From the NCBI GenBank assembly GCA_004431415.1, contig QPMI01000029.1:186001-250000 (forward strand): 64,000 nt of DNA. Reading direction: 5' to 3'. Below, one piece after another: positions 13,241-24,043 of the stretch. Within the stretch, counting starts at the first letter, position 1. Every line of letters begins with the position of its first letter. A model generated the notes under the pieces. The model had not been told where the DNA came from, made no database searches, and saw only the letters and a list, made by a program, of their open reading frames with translations. A program made the position numbers and the translations under genes. This stretch comes from Cyanophora paradoxa CCMP329 (Eukaryota; Plantae; Glaucophyta).

Positions 13241-13648
13241 CGTGTAACACTTAAGTAATTAATGCGGGCACTTTAGTATTTTTTTTGAGAGACTACGAAG
13301 GGCAAACCCCCGTATAGGTACTACGGTAGTAAAATTAAAAATCGACAAAGCAATCACAAATCAAAGATAGTCGTAGGCAATCGCGATCGCAAGACGTATA
13401 TACGCATAAGAACTAGGATCACGACGAGGGACAATGCGGTCCCAAATTAATGCGTTTTTCGCTGTCAAAACGCATTAATTTGGGACCGCATTAATATCGA
13501 AACGCTAAGAAAGTGCTGTATGTACCCCCTTACAGCAGCCAAAAGGCTTAAGCTTCAAAACGCATTAATTCGGTGCCACATTATTATCAATACCAGGGTC
13601 CGGGTCCAAAAACGCATTATTACTGGCGCATTAATTAAGTGTTACACG
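13241..13648. mobile_element. MITE-like element with internal 26-bp palindrome (copy 1)
   Basis: Ends CGTGTAACACTTAA / TTAAGTGTTACACG flanked by TA. Internal stem AATGCGGTCCCAAATTAATGCGTTTT...AAAACGCATTAATTTGGGACCGCATT. Confidence 0.6.
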
Positions 13649-13852
13649 TAGTATACTAGTAGCCTAGTAGCTAGTATTGGTAGTATGGTACTAGCGCAGA
13701 AAACAAAATCCGACCGTCGGACCGATGATATCGATCGTGTCTTTTGGCACTTCCGGATCACGGCGGGATCGGATATCGAATCATATTAACGATACCGTAA
13801 TACACAATATATTATGTCATGCAAATTATGTCGTTTTAAAACCCGAGCCTTC

Positions 13853-15338
13853 AGACTCTTTCTACATGCATCATTGAAGTTGTCCTTCTAACCCAGGGCA
13901 TGCGCAGAGCGGCTCTGCCTTCGCGTACGCGTGCGCCCTCGGGCGCGTCGCCGTGACGCGACGACGGTAATGGTGGCCACTCCGCCCCGGACGCCCCGTG
14001 CGCACGCCGCGCTCGCGCCATCCCTTCCCCGCGCCGGCCCCGCGGCGCTCCTCTGAGCGGCGGGACAGGCCGCGGGCGCTGTGGTGAGCGGCGGCTGTGG
14101 TGAGCAGGCAGGCCCTCGCGGCCTCCGCCAGCAGCTCATCGCCGCCTCCGCCTCGGGCGTCGGCGTGTGCGCGCCGGCCCCCGCCCCGGCCTCCCGCCCC
14201 CGGCGCTTGCTGAGAAACAAGCCGCAGGCCGGCGGGGCGCGGGGCGCTGCGGCTCATGGAGGTGGCGGCGCTCGTCCTCGCCGCCGCCCTCAAGGCCGGC
14301 AACGAGCGCCTGTGCGCCGGCCGCCCCGCCCCCGCCCCCGCCCCCGCCCCCGCCGCCTCGCCCTGAGGGCGCGGGTGCCCAGCAGCCTGACGATGGCGGC
14401 GGACAAGTACGCGAGCTCTTCGCGCACGCCGACGCCCCCGCGGCCCTCGCCCTGCAGCTCCTCCACCGCCACCGCGTCGACTCCCCGCTCCTCGCCGCCC
14501 CCACCGCCCACCCGCCCGCTTCTCCCTCGTCGCCCTCCTCGGCCTGCCCCGCCCGCCCGCTCGTCCCTCGCGGGCCTGACGGGGCGGGCGGGGACAGATC
14601 CCGGGCGGCCTCCTTCACGTCCCTCTTCCGGGCGCACGCGGCCGGCGCCTGAGACCGCGCCATCGCCATGCAGGCGCCCGGACCCTCCCGCCCCGCCCCC
14701 GCCCCGCCCCGCCCGCGCCCTCTGACGGAGCCGCAGGGCGCGCCCCCGCCGCCCCTCCCTGCCCTCGTACACATCCCGAACTCCTCTCTTCCCTCGTCTC
14801 CAGTGCGCCGTACCCCTCCCGAACCCGGCGCGGCGCCTCGTACCCCGCCCCGACGCCGGCGCCGCTCCGGCAGACGCGCCTCTGGTGGCCGGCTCGGCGA
14901 CCTCTTCCACGAGCTCCCCAGCCGCGCCAGCGAGCTCCCCAGCCACGCCAGCAGGCCCGTACCCCCCCCCAACTGGACTCGGCGTACCCCCCTCAACCCC
15001 GGCGCGCAGGGCGATGTACAGGGCGCTGCTGGAGGTGCTGGGGGCCCGGTACCCCCCAGGACGTCGGTCAGGCCTGCCTGGCCGCCGCCGTCGTCCTCCC
15101 CGAGCCCCCATGGGCGCCCCGCCGGCGCGCCGCTGGCGCGCTGCAGCGCCGCCGGCTGGCGCCGCCGGCTGGCGCCGCCGGGCTGCACGGGCGCCGCCAC
15201 GGGCCGAGGGCGCATCCCAGCGAACACGCTGCTCAACTGTCCGTGCGAGCTTTCTTCGCCCCGCCCCTCCCCCCCTCCCCCCCTAGCTTGCTTCGTCCGC
15301 CGTTTTTTGGAGCGGATCCAACGCTGCCGTTTTTTCGC

Positions 15339-15369
<31 letters not shown>

Positions 15370-18013
15370 TGCCGTTTTTTGGAGCGGAACCAACGCTGAC
15401 GCTGGCCGTGCAGCACGCATCCGCCGGCAAAGAGCTCTACTGTGCGTCGCCCCGGCCCTCCACTGAATGAAATGACTGACTGAATTCGACTGGCGGTGCA
15501 GTGGGTTAGACGTTGCTCTAGCTGCAGCAACGGCGGCCGGGAGGCTGATCGCGGTGCCGTCCCTGCCCCGCCCACCCGAGCATGCGCAGCGGCTTCTGAC
15601 GGTGCCGCGCCTCTTGGGCCAGGAAGCTGGCGGAAGCCCGGAGCCAGTGACCATCGCTGTTCCAGCCTGGCTAGCGGATCACACGTACGCCCGTACCCCT
15701 TCCGCGGCATCAATATATAACCCCTCCCCGCTCATTCTCTCCGCACTACAGGCAGGAAGCAGCGAAGCAGAGAGCAGCGCGCGCCCGAGTTCTTCAGCAG
15801 CGACGTCGACCGGCCGAGAGGAAGTCAATTTGATCCGTCATATAGGGCAGGAAGCATGTAGAAAGCGTTTCAGGAAGCATTTTTAGATCAGTGTAGATGC
15901 GCTATAATGTCTGAGCAGCGTTTGGTAGTCGGCAACCCGAGAAATTCGGTCTGCCAGCTGCCATACAAACCCAACCACAGGTGTTGGGAATGTATGGCAG
16001 TTGGCAAGCGAGGGGTACGGGGAAATCCGTGCAAATCGGGCGAGAATTGTGTTAATTTACGACAAAATTAAAACATAAAATAGACCGAATTACCTAATTT
16101 TGGGGGGGAGAAACACGAAAATTGCGCTATTTTATCGAAATTTCGGCTCCCACCCCCCGATCAAAATCCCCACCGTGTGGCACCAAATTAAAATATTGAG
16201 CACGAAATTGGCCACTTCCTAGCGCGAGCTCTAGGTCGCCGGGCCGGCGCTCCTCGCCCAGGGCGCGTACAGACTCCGCGCATGTTCCAACGCCTTCATA
16301 GACATATATATAAGATAGAGCACCCCTGTGAAACTTCAGAATCCGGGTTCTCAATAGTAGGCGGGCCTTAGCGCGAAATTGCCTAGGGCGGCATCGAACC
16401 CGGTTGTTCCATTCCAACAGAATTCTTGAAGTTCGGGTACCTTAGCGGGACTTAACAATAGGTAGCTAGCGACTCCGTGACGGGCCGGAGGTTCCTAGCG
16501 ATCTTAGCTGGGTTTATGAGAAGGCTCTATTTCTACATGCATCATTGAAGTTGTCCTTCTAACCCAGGGCATGCGCAGAGCCGGCTCTGCCTTCGCGTAC
16601 GCGTGCGCCCTCGGGCGCGTCGCCGTGACGCGACGACGGTAATGGTGGCCACTCCGCCCGGACGCCCCGTGCGCCACGCCGCGCTCGCGCCATCCCTTCC
16701 CCCGCGCCGGCCCGCGGCGCTCCTCTGAGGCGGCGGGACAGGCCGCGGGCGGCTGTGGTGAGCGGGCGGCTGTGGTGAGCAGGCAGGCCCTCGCGGCCTC
16801 CGCCCAGCAGCTCATCGCCGCCTCCGCCTCGGGCGTCGGCGTGTGCGCGCCGGCCCCGCCCCGGCCTCCCGCCCCCCGGCGCTTGCTGAGAAACAAGCCG
16901 CAGGCCGGCGGGGCGCGGGGCGCTGCGGCTCATGGAGGTGGCGGCGCTCGTCCTCGCCGCCGCCCTCAAGGCCGGCAACGAGCGCCTGTGCGCCGGCCGC
17001 CCCGCCCCCGCCCCGCCCCGCCCCCGCCGCCTCGCCCTGAGGGCGCGGGGTGCCAGCAGCCTGACGATGGCGGCGGACAAGTACGCGAGGCTCTTCGCGC
17101 ACGCCGACGCCCCCGCGGCCCTCGCCCTGCAGCTCCTCCACCGCCACCGCGTCGACTCCCCGCTCCTCGCCGCCCCACCGCCCACCCCGCCCGCTTCTCC
17201 CTCGTCGCCCTCCTCGGCCTGCCCCGCCCCGCCCGCTCGTCCCTCGCGGGCCTGACGGGCGGGCGGGGACAGATCCCGGGCGGCCTCCTTCACGTCCCTC
17301 TTCCGGGCGCACGCGGCCGGCGCCTGAGACCGCGCCATCGCCATGCAGGCGCCCGGACCCCTCCCGCCCGCCCCCGCCCCGCCCCGCCCCGCGCCTCTGA
17401 CGGAGCCGCAGGGCGCGCCCCCGCCGCCCTCCCTGCCCTCGTACACATCCCCGAACTCCTCTCTTCCCTCGTCTCCAGTGCGCCGTACCCCTCCCGAACC
17501 CGGCGCGGCGCCTCGTACCCCGCCCCGACGCCGGCGCCGCTCCGGCAGACGCGCCGCTGGTGGCCGGCTCGGCGACCTCTTCCACGAGCTCCCCAGCCGC
17601 GCCAGCGAGCTCCCCAGCCACGCCAGCAGGCCCGTACCCCCCCCCCCAACTGGACTCGGCGTACCCCCCTCAACCCCGGGCGCGCAGGGCGATGTACAGG
17701 GCGCTGCTGGAGGTGCTGGGGGCCGGTACCCCCCAGGACGTCGGTCAGGCCTGCCTGGCCGCCGCCGTCGTCCTCCCCGAGCCCCCATGGGCGCCCCCGC
17801 CGGCGCGCCGCTGGCGCGCTGCAGCGCCGCCGGCTGCGCCGCCGGCTGGCGCCGCCGGCTGCACGGGCGCCGCCACGGGCCCGAGGGCGCATCCAGCGAA
17901 CACGCTGCTCAACTGTCCGTGCGAGCTTTCTTCGCCCCGCCCCTCCCCCCTCCCCCCCCTAGCTTGCTTCGTCCGCCGTTTTTTGGAGCGGATCCAACGC
18001 TGCCGTTTTTTCG

Positions 18014-18047
<34 letters not shown>

Positions 18048-21000
18048 TGCCGTTTTTTGGAGCGGAACCAACGCTGACGCTGGCCGTGCAGCACGCATCC
18101 GCCGGCAAAGAGCTCTACTGTGCGTCGCCCCGGCCCTCCACTGAATGAAATGACTGACTGAATTCGACTGGCGGTGCAGTGGTTAGACGTTGCTCTAGCT
18201 GCAGCAACGGCGGCCGGGAGGCTGATCGCGGTGCCGTCCCTGCCCCGCCCACCCGAGCATGCGCAGCGGCTTCTGACGGTGCGCGCCTCTTGGGCCAGGA
18301 AGCTGGCGGAAGCCCGGAGCCAGTGACCATCGCTGTTCCAGCCTGGCTAGCGGATCACACGTACGCCCGTACCCCTTCCGCGGCATCAATATATAACCCC
18401 TCCCCGCTCATTCTCTCCGCACTACAGGCAGGAAGCAGCGAAGCAGAGAGCAGCGCGCGCCCGAGTTCTTCAGCAGCGACGTCGACCGGCCGAGAGGAAG
18501 TCAATTTGATCCGTCATATAGGGCAGGAAAGCATGTAGAAAGCGTTTCAGGAAGCATTTTTAGATCAGTGTAGATGCGCTATAATGTCTGAGCAGCGTTT
18601 GGTAGTCGGCAACCCGAGAAATTCGGTCTGCCAGCTGCCATACAAACCCAACCACAGGTGGTTGGAATGTATGGCAGTTGGCAAGCGAGGGTACGGGGAA
18701 ATCCGTGCAAATCGGGCGAGAATTGTGTTAATTTACGACAAAATTAAAACATAAAATAGACCGAATTACCTAATTTTGGGGGGGAGAAACACGAAAATTG
18801 CGCTATTTTATCGAAATTTCGGCTCCCACCCCCCGATCAAAATCCCCACCGTGTGGCACCAAATTAAAATATTGAGCACGAAATTGGCCACTTCCTAGCG
18901 CGAGCTCTAGGTCGCCGGGCCGGCGCTCCTCGCCCAGGGCGCGTACAGACTCCGCGCATGTTCCAACGCCTTCATAGACATATATATAAGATAGAGCACC
19001 CTGTGAAACTTCAGAATCCGGGTTCTCAATAGTAGGCGGGCCTTAGCGCGAAATTGCCTAGGGCGGCATCGAACCCGGGTTGTTCCATTCCAACAGAATT
19101 CTTGAAGTTCGGGTACCTTAGCGGGACTTAACAATAGGTAGCTAGCGACTCCGTGACGGGCCGGAGGTTCCTAGCGATCTTAGCTGGGTTTATGAGAAGG
19201 CTCTATTTCTACATGCATCATTGAAGTTGTCCTTCTAACCCAGGGCATGCGCAGAGCCGGCTCTGCCTTCGCGTACGCGTGCGCCCTCGGGCGCGTCGCC
19301 GTGACGCGACGACGGTAATGGTGGCCACTCCGCCCCGGACGCCCCGTGCGCCACGCCGCGCTCGCGCCATCCCTTCCCCGCGCCGGGCCCCGCGGCGCTC
19401 CTCTGAGGCGGCGGGACAGGCCGCGGGCGGCTGTGGTGAGCGGGCGGCTGTGGTGAGCAGGCAGGCCCTCGCGGCCTCCGCCCAGCAGCTCATCGCCGCC
19501 TCCGCCTCGGGCGTCGGCGTGTGCGCGCCGGCCCCCGCCCGGCCTCCCGCCCCCCGGCGCTTGCTGAGAAACAAGCCGCAGGCCGGCGGGGCGCGGGGCG
19601 CTGCGGCTCATGGAGGTGGCGGCGCTCGTCCTCGCCGCCGCCCTCAAGGCCGGCAACGAGCGCCTGTGCGCCGGCCGCCCCGCCCCCGCCCCCGCCCCCG
19701 CCCCCGCCGCCTCGCCCTGAGGGGCGCGGGGTGCCCAGCAGCCTGACGATGGCGGCGGACAAGTACGCGAGGCTCTTCGCGCACGCCGACGCCCCCGCGG
19801 CCCTCGCCCTGCAGCTCCTCCACCGCCACCGCGTCGACTCCCCGCTCCTCGCCGCCCCCACCGCCCACCCCGCCCGCTTCTCCCTCGTCGCCCTCCTCGG
19901 CCTGCCCCGCCCCGCCCGCTCGTCCCTCGCGGGGCCTGACGGGGCGGGGCGGGGACAGATCCCGGGGCGGCCTCCTTCACGTCCCTCTTCCGGGCGCACG
20001 CGGCCGGCGCCTGAGACCGCGCCATCGCCATGCAGGCGCCCGGACCCCTCCCGCCCCGCCCCCGCCCCGCCCCGCCCCGCGCCCTCTGACGGAGCCGCAG
20101 GGCGCGCCCCGCCGCCCTCCCTGCCCTCGTACACATCCCCGAACTCCTCTCTTCCCTCGTCTCCAGTGCGCCGTACCCCTCCCGAACCCGGCGCGGCGCC
20201 TCGTACCCCGCCCCGACGCCGGCGCCGCTCCGGCAGACGCGCCGCTGGTGGCCGGCTCGGCGACCTCTTCCACGAGCTCCCCAGCCGCGCCAGCGAGCTC
20301 CCCAGCCACGCCAGCAGGCCCGTACCCCCCCCCAACTGGACTCGGCGTACCCCCTCAACCCCGGGCGCGCAGGGCGATGTACAGGGCGCTGCTGGAGGTG
20401 CTGGGGGGCCCGGTACCCCCCAGGACGTCGGTCAGGCCTGCCTGGCCGCCGCCGTCGTCCTCCCCGAGCCCCCCATGGGCGCCCCCGCCGGCGCGCCGCT
20501 GGCGCGCTGCAGCGCCGCCGGCTGGCGCCGCCGGCTGGCGCCGCCGGGCTGCACGGGCGCCGCCACGGGCCCGAGGGCGCATCCCAGCGAACACGCTGCT
20601 CAACTGTCCGTGCGAGCTTTCTTCGCCCCGCCCCTCCCCCCTCCCCCCCTAGCTTGCTTCGTCCGCCGTTTTTTGGAGCGGATCCAACGCTGCCGTTTTT
20701 TCGCCCCCCCCCCCCCCCCCCCCTCTGCCGTTTTTTGGAGCGGAACCAACGCTGACGCTGGCCGTGCAGCACGCATCCGCCGGCAAAGAGCTCTACTGTG
20801 CGTCGCCCCGGCCCTCCACTGAATGAAATGACTGACTGAATTCGACTGGCGGTGCAGTGGGTTAGACGTTGCTCTAGCTGCAGCAACGGCGGCCGGGGAG
20901 GCTGATCGCGGTGCCGTCCCTGCCCGCCCACCCGAGCATGCGCAGCGGCTTCTGACGGTGCCGCGCCTCTTGGGCCAGGAAGCTGGCGGAAGCCCGGAGC

Positions 21001-21280
21001 CAGTGACCATCGCTGTTCCAGCCTGGCTAGCGGATCACACGTACGCCCGTACCCCTTCCGCGGCATCAATATATAACCCCTCCCCGCTCATTCTCTCCGC
21101 ACTACAGGCAGGAAGCAGCGAAGCAGAGAGCAGCGCGCGCCCGAGTTCTTCAGCAGCGACGTCGACCGGCCGAGAGGAAGTCAATTTGATCCGTCATATA
21201 GGGGCAGGAAAGCATGTAGAAAGCGTTTCAGGAAGCATTTTTAGATCAGTGTAGATGCGCTATAATGTCTGAGCAGCGTT
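13853..21280 (+). repeat. Host tandem array, about 2.67-kb unit (left of element A)
   Basis: Marker TTCTACATGCATCATTGAAG recurs at 13860, 16531 and 19207. The unit contains exon-like GC-rich segments, a poly-C tract and a palindrome. Confidence 0.95.
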
Positions 21281-21890
21281 GAAAATAATTCACTCGTTAC
21301 TGCATTATGTCCAATTAAACAATCGATGAAATATCGGATGAAAATAATTCACTCGTTACTGCATTATGTCCAATTAAACAATCGATGAGATTGCGGCGTA
21401 TTTTGTTGGATTAGATGGTTACTGCATTATGTCCAATTAAACAATCGATGAGATATCGGATGAAAATAATTCACTCGTTACTGCATTATGTCCAATTAAA
21501 CAATCGATGAAATATCGGATGAAAATAATTCACTCGTTACTGCATTATGTCCAATTAAACAATCGATGAGATATCGGATGAAAATAATTCACTCGTTACT
21601 GCATTATGTCCAATTAAACAATCGTTGAGATTGCGGCGTATTTTGTTGGAAGAGATGGTTACTGCATTATGTCAAATTAAACAATCGATGAGATTCGGGT
21701 AAGATTTTTACTGTATCAAAATTGACCCCAGAGTTGCATTATGTCCAATTAAACAATTGATAAGATTGGATTCTGTTTTTTACTGTAAAAACATTGTATC
21801 TTAGGTGTATCAATCTCAATTGAATTAATCGATGTAATTTTGTTGGAAGAGATGGTTACAGCATTATGTCCAATTAAACAATCGATGAGA
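21281..21890. repeat. Sub-terminal array: about 9 copies of TGCATTATGTCCAATTAAACAATCGATGA with recurring linkers
   Basis: Core starts near 21301, 21360, 21423, 21482, 21541, 21600, 21663, 21735 and 21860. Mirrored at 47820-48407. Confidence 0.9.
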
Positions 21891-21911
21891 TTTCGCTGAG
21901 ATGAAAACGGT

Positions 21912-22281
21912 TAGGCACTTTTTTATCGTGATCGGCGGATATCATTTAGATATAAAACGGGCTACTGAAATGGAGCGGGTTAATCGAAGTAGGCACTTTT
22001 TTTAATCGCGGTAGGCGGCGTAGGCGCGTTAGGCACTTCCTAATCGAGAATTAAAAAGAAGTCCCAAATACATCAACTTGTGTTTTTCAAAACGTTGATT
22101 TTATTTTTTATAGAGAGTTTCCAGAAAAGGTGCCTAAGTGCCTAACGTCAATTGAAAGTGCCTAACTTCAATTAAAAAGTGCCTAACTTCAATTAAAAAG
22201 TGCCTACCAAACGATATTCAGTGAGAGAAATAGAGATATGATATATTCACTTTCATTATCTGAGAAATATAAAGTGCCTAC
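21912..22281. promoter_or_regulatory. Putative iteron origin of element A in the left TIR (TAGGCACT / AGTGCCTA arms)
   Basis: TAGGCACT copies face multiple AGTGCCTA copies (several at about 21-bp spacing) across an AT-rich core. Origin function is inferred. Confidence 0.6.
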
Positions 22282-22300
22282 CAAACCATTAACAGTGTGA

Positions 22301-22699
22301 TTAACTCGGAAATCGCGCTGCTATCTGCTTCTCCGCTTTCTCCAACCCTGAAAAGATCTCTGTTATTCTCTCATCTATCAATTGTGATATTACTGAGGTC
22401 TTACTTTGCGCTTCCAATCCACAAGTGAATACATCAATTGCTAACATTCCTTGATCAGAGTAACAATGAGCGGTTAAATGGCTCTCATCGAGAAGTAATA
22501 CCATCGCAAAACCGGGTGGCGAAACTCCACCATCGAAAATCTCGCAATGCTTGTGAACAACTCGGATACCTTGTTCTTGAATAATAGATTGAAAAAATTG
22601 CATTAACCACTTCGTTGTGGTGTCTATGTTGTCCAATCCCACCATCAATGGATGATTGAACTTGTAATCCAACATTACATGGAAACCGCGATGATTCAT
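22301..22699 (-). CDS. Pyruvoyl-dependent S-adenosylmethionine decarboxylase proenzyme (prokaryotic SpeD/SpeH-like)
   Basis: GFHVMLDY...HCEIF...PPGFAMVLLLDESHLTAHCYSDQGMLAIDVFTCG: ESH self-cleavage motif and DxFTCG motif, 132 aa. Confidence 0.88.
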   Translation of the reverse strand: MNHRGFHVMLDYKFNHPLMVGLDNIDTTTKWLMQFFQSIIQEQGIRVVHKHCEIFDGGVSPPGFAMVLLLDESHLTAHCYSDQGMLAIDVFTCGLEAQSKTSVISQLIDERITEIFSGLEKAEKQIAARFPS

Positions 22700-22739
22700 T
22701 TATGAATTATATAGAAAAATTAAAAACGAAATTAGTAGG

Positions 22740-22889
22740 ATGCGAACCATCTTAGCGAAAGTGTTTCCGTATGAGTTGGTCGATATCATAATGCTCCATT
22801 ATCATAAGACATGTCCGAATTGCTTCGATACTTGCATAATCATCAAAGGTAAATGCGGAAAGATGCTCATTTCTCTTTCGAAACTCTAA
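22740..22889 (+). CDS. Possible 49-aa Cys-rich micro-protein
   Basis: Manual translation MRTILAKVFPYELVDIIMLHYHKTCPNCFDTCIIIKGKCGKMLISLSKL fills the gap between two genes. Confidence 0.3.
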   Translation: MRTILAKVFPYELVDIIMLHYHKTCPNCFDTCIIIKGKCGKMLISLSKL

Positions 22890-23158
22890 TCAAAATACAA
22901 CATAACCGGTTTCTCTTCTATGACTATTCCCCATGTTGTTCTTTTTCTGTATGCATGAGAGTGTTTCTTAGAACACTGTCGGCAACCTGACCCCTTAATG
23001 TGATTAAATCCGTAAGTTAGGAACGTCTTATTACATTGTAGGCATCTAACAGTTACCTTTTCTTGCGCTTTCTTATAAACAGTGTCGCTATAATCAAATT
23101 TATCCTTACCATGGACTGACATAGCGGTATCTATAAACTTTCTTGTTTTTTCATCCAT
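22886..23158 (-). CDS. Zn-ribbon (DUF723-like) putative DNA-binding protein
   Basis: FIDTAMSVHGKDKFDYSDTVY...VRCLQC..F....NHIKGSGCRQC matches the repeat seen in NCLDV and phage endonuclease-associated proteins. Confidence 0.7.
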   Translation of the reverse strand: MDEKTRKFIDTAMSVHGKDKFDYSDTVYKKAQEKVTVRCLQCNKTFLTYGFNHIKGSGCRQCSKKHSHAYRKRTTWGIVIEEKPVMLYFD

Positions 23159-23178
23159 TCCCTATATATACCTTAGAT

Positions 23179-24024
23179 TTATGGTTGTGGATCGCTACCG
23201 CCGATGGGATTGTATAGATTGGTATTTAGATATTGACCAAATCGGTTAGCTGTTGCGATTGCGTCGTTTCTTTCGGCATACATAATTACTCTATAATTTC
23301 CGAGTTGTGTAGCTCTTATTATAAATTGGTTATCTTGTGTATCTAAAAGAGGTATTGAATGAAACGCTTGACCGAAATTATCTATGGGGATAATGTGTAT
23401 CGTTAGGCGCGGTCTTGCTCCGTCGGTTCTTCTACATAATGCATAGATGTCCTCAGGTATCGTGTCTCTATATCTATAATGATTTCCTAACGGTTCTAAA
23501 ACATCGGCTACCGCTGTTTGTAAACTAATAACGATTGTATAAATCTTAATAATATACGGCTCATTCATACCTGGGCAATACGTCCTAATACGTGTGTTTT
23601 CATCATCGGGGTTTGGTTGGTCATTTACGATTAGAGGCGCTCCGATGATACCACCGACCCTTAGTCCGTCCCCAATGTAAGCGCCTCCGGATCTACATTT
23701 AATCGCTCCGTTTCTCGATTCATAAGCAAAGTTTGTTACCTTGTTATCATCATTATAACTGTCAGGATCTCCATAAAAAGCGTTAAAGTTTGCATTTGTA
23801 ACAAGAAGTTTCGTAGTTTTCACAATTCCGTTATTTTTGTCACATCGTAACTCTTTCAGTCGCAATTTATGCGTATCACCAAAAGTATTAAGAGTAGGTG
23901 CAAGTTCGGTAGATTCGAGACCATCGACATTATCGATAACAGCATGTTGTAATACGTGATTTGCCGGCGCGGCTAATGAAAGTTGCGCTGTTAAAATACG
24001 CTCAGGAGGTGCGGGTGCCGCCAT
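23179..24024 (-). CDS. Fibre-like protein 1 (shared N-terminal module)
   Basis: KELRCDKNNGIVKTT...RSGGAYIGDG shared with three neighbours. The C-terminus ends in a fibre-type MYAERND motif. Confidence 0.6.
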   Translation of the reverse strand: MAAPAPPERILTAQLSLAAPANHVLQHAVIDNVDGLESTELAPTLNTFGDTHKLRLKELRCDKNNGIVKTTKLLVTNANFNAFYGDPDSYNDDNKVTNFAYESRNGAIKCRSGGAYIGDGLRVGGIIGAPLIVNDQPNPDDENTRIRTYCPGMNEPYIIKIYTIVISLQTAVADVLEPLGNHYRYRDTIPEDIYALCRRTDGARPRLTIHIIPIDNFGQAFHSIPLLDTQDNQFIIRATQLGNYRVIMYAERNDAIATANRFGQYLNTNLYNPIGGSDPQP

Positions 24025-24043
24025 TTAATATATTAAAACATAA

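Larger units (their letters stand above)
10040..13852 (+). repeat. Host segmental duplication, copy 1 (matches 58210-62162)
   Basis: Near-identical direct copy. This copy has many single-base deletions relative to copy 2. Confidence 0.95.
21281..22407. repeat. Left TIR of element A (outer about 380 bp missing)
   Basis: 21301-22407 is the reverse complement of 47303-48407; only about 2 differences were spotted by eye. Confidence 0.95.

Noticed and set aside
13871-21254. Long overlapping Pro/Ala/Arg/Gly-rich ORFs (also 48696-57000)
   Set aside because: They arise from very high GC content on all frames and are not conserved in frame between repeat units.
20543-21280. 738-bp target-site duplication
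   Set aside because: rve integrases make short TSDs; the apparent duplication follows from insertion into a tandem array plus loss of the left end.
21281-21890. CRISPR array
   Set aside because: Linkers recur instead of being unique, the array is mirrored in both TIRs, there are no cas genes, and the context is a eukaryotic virus.
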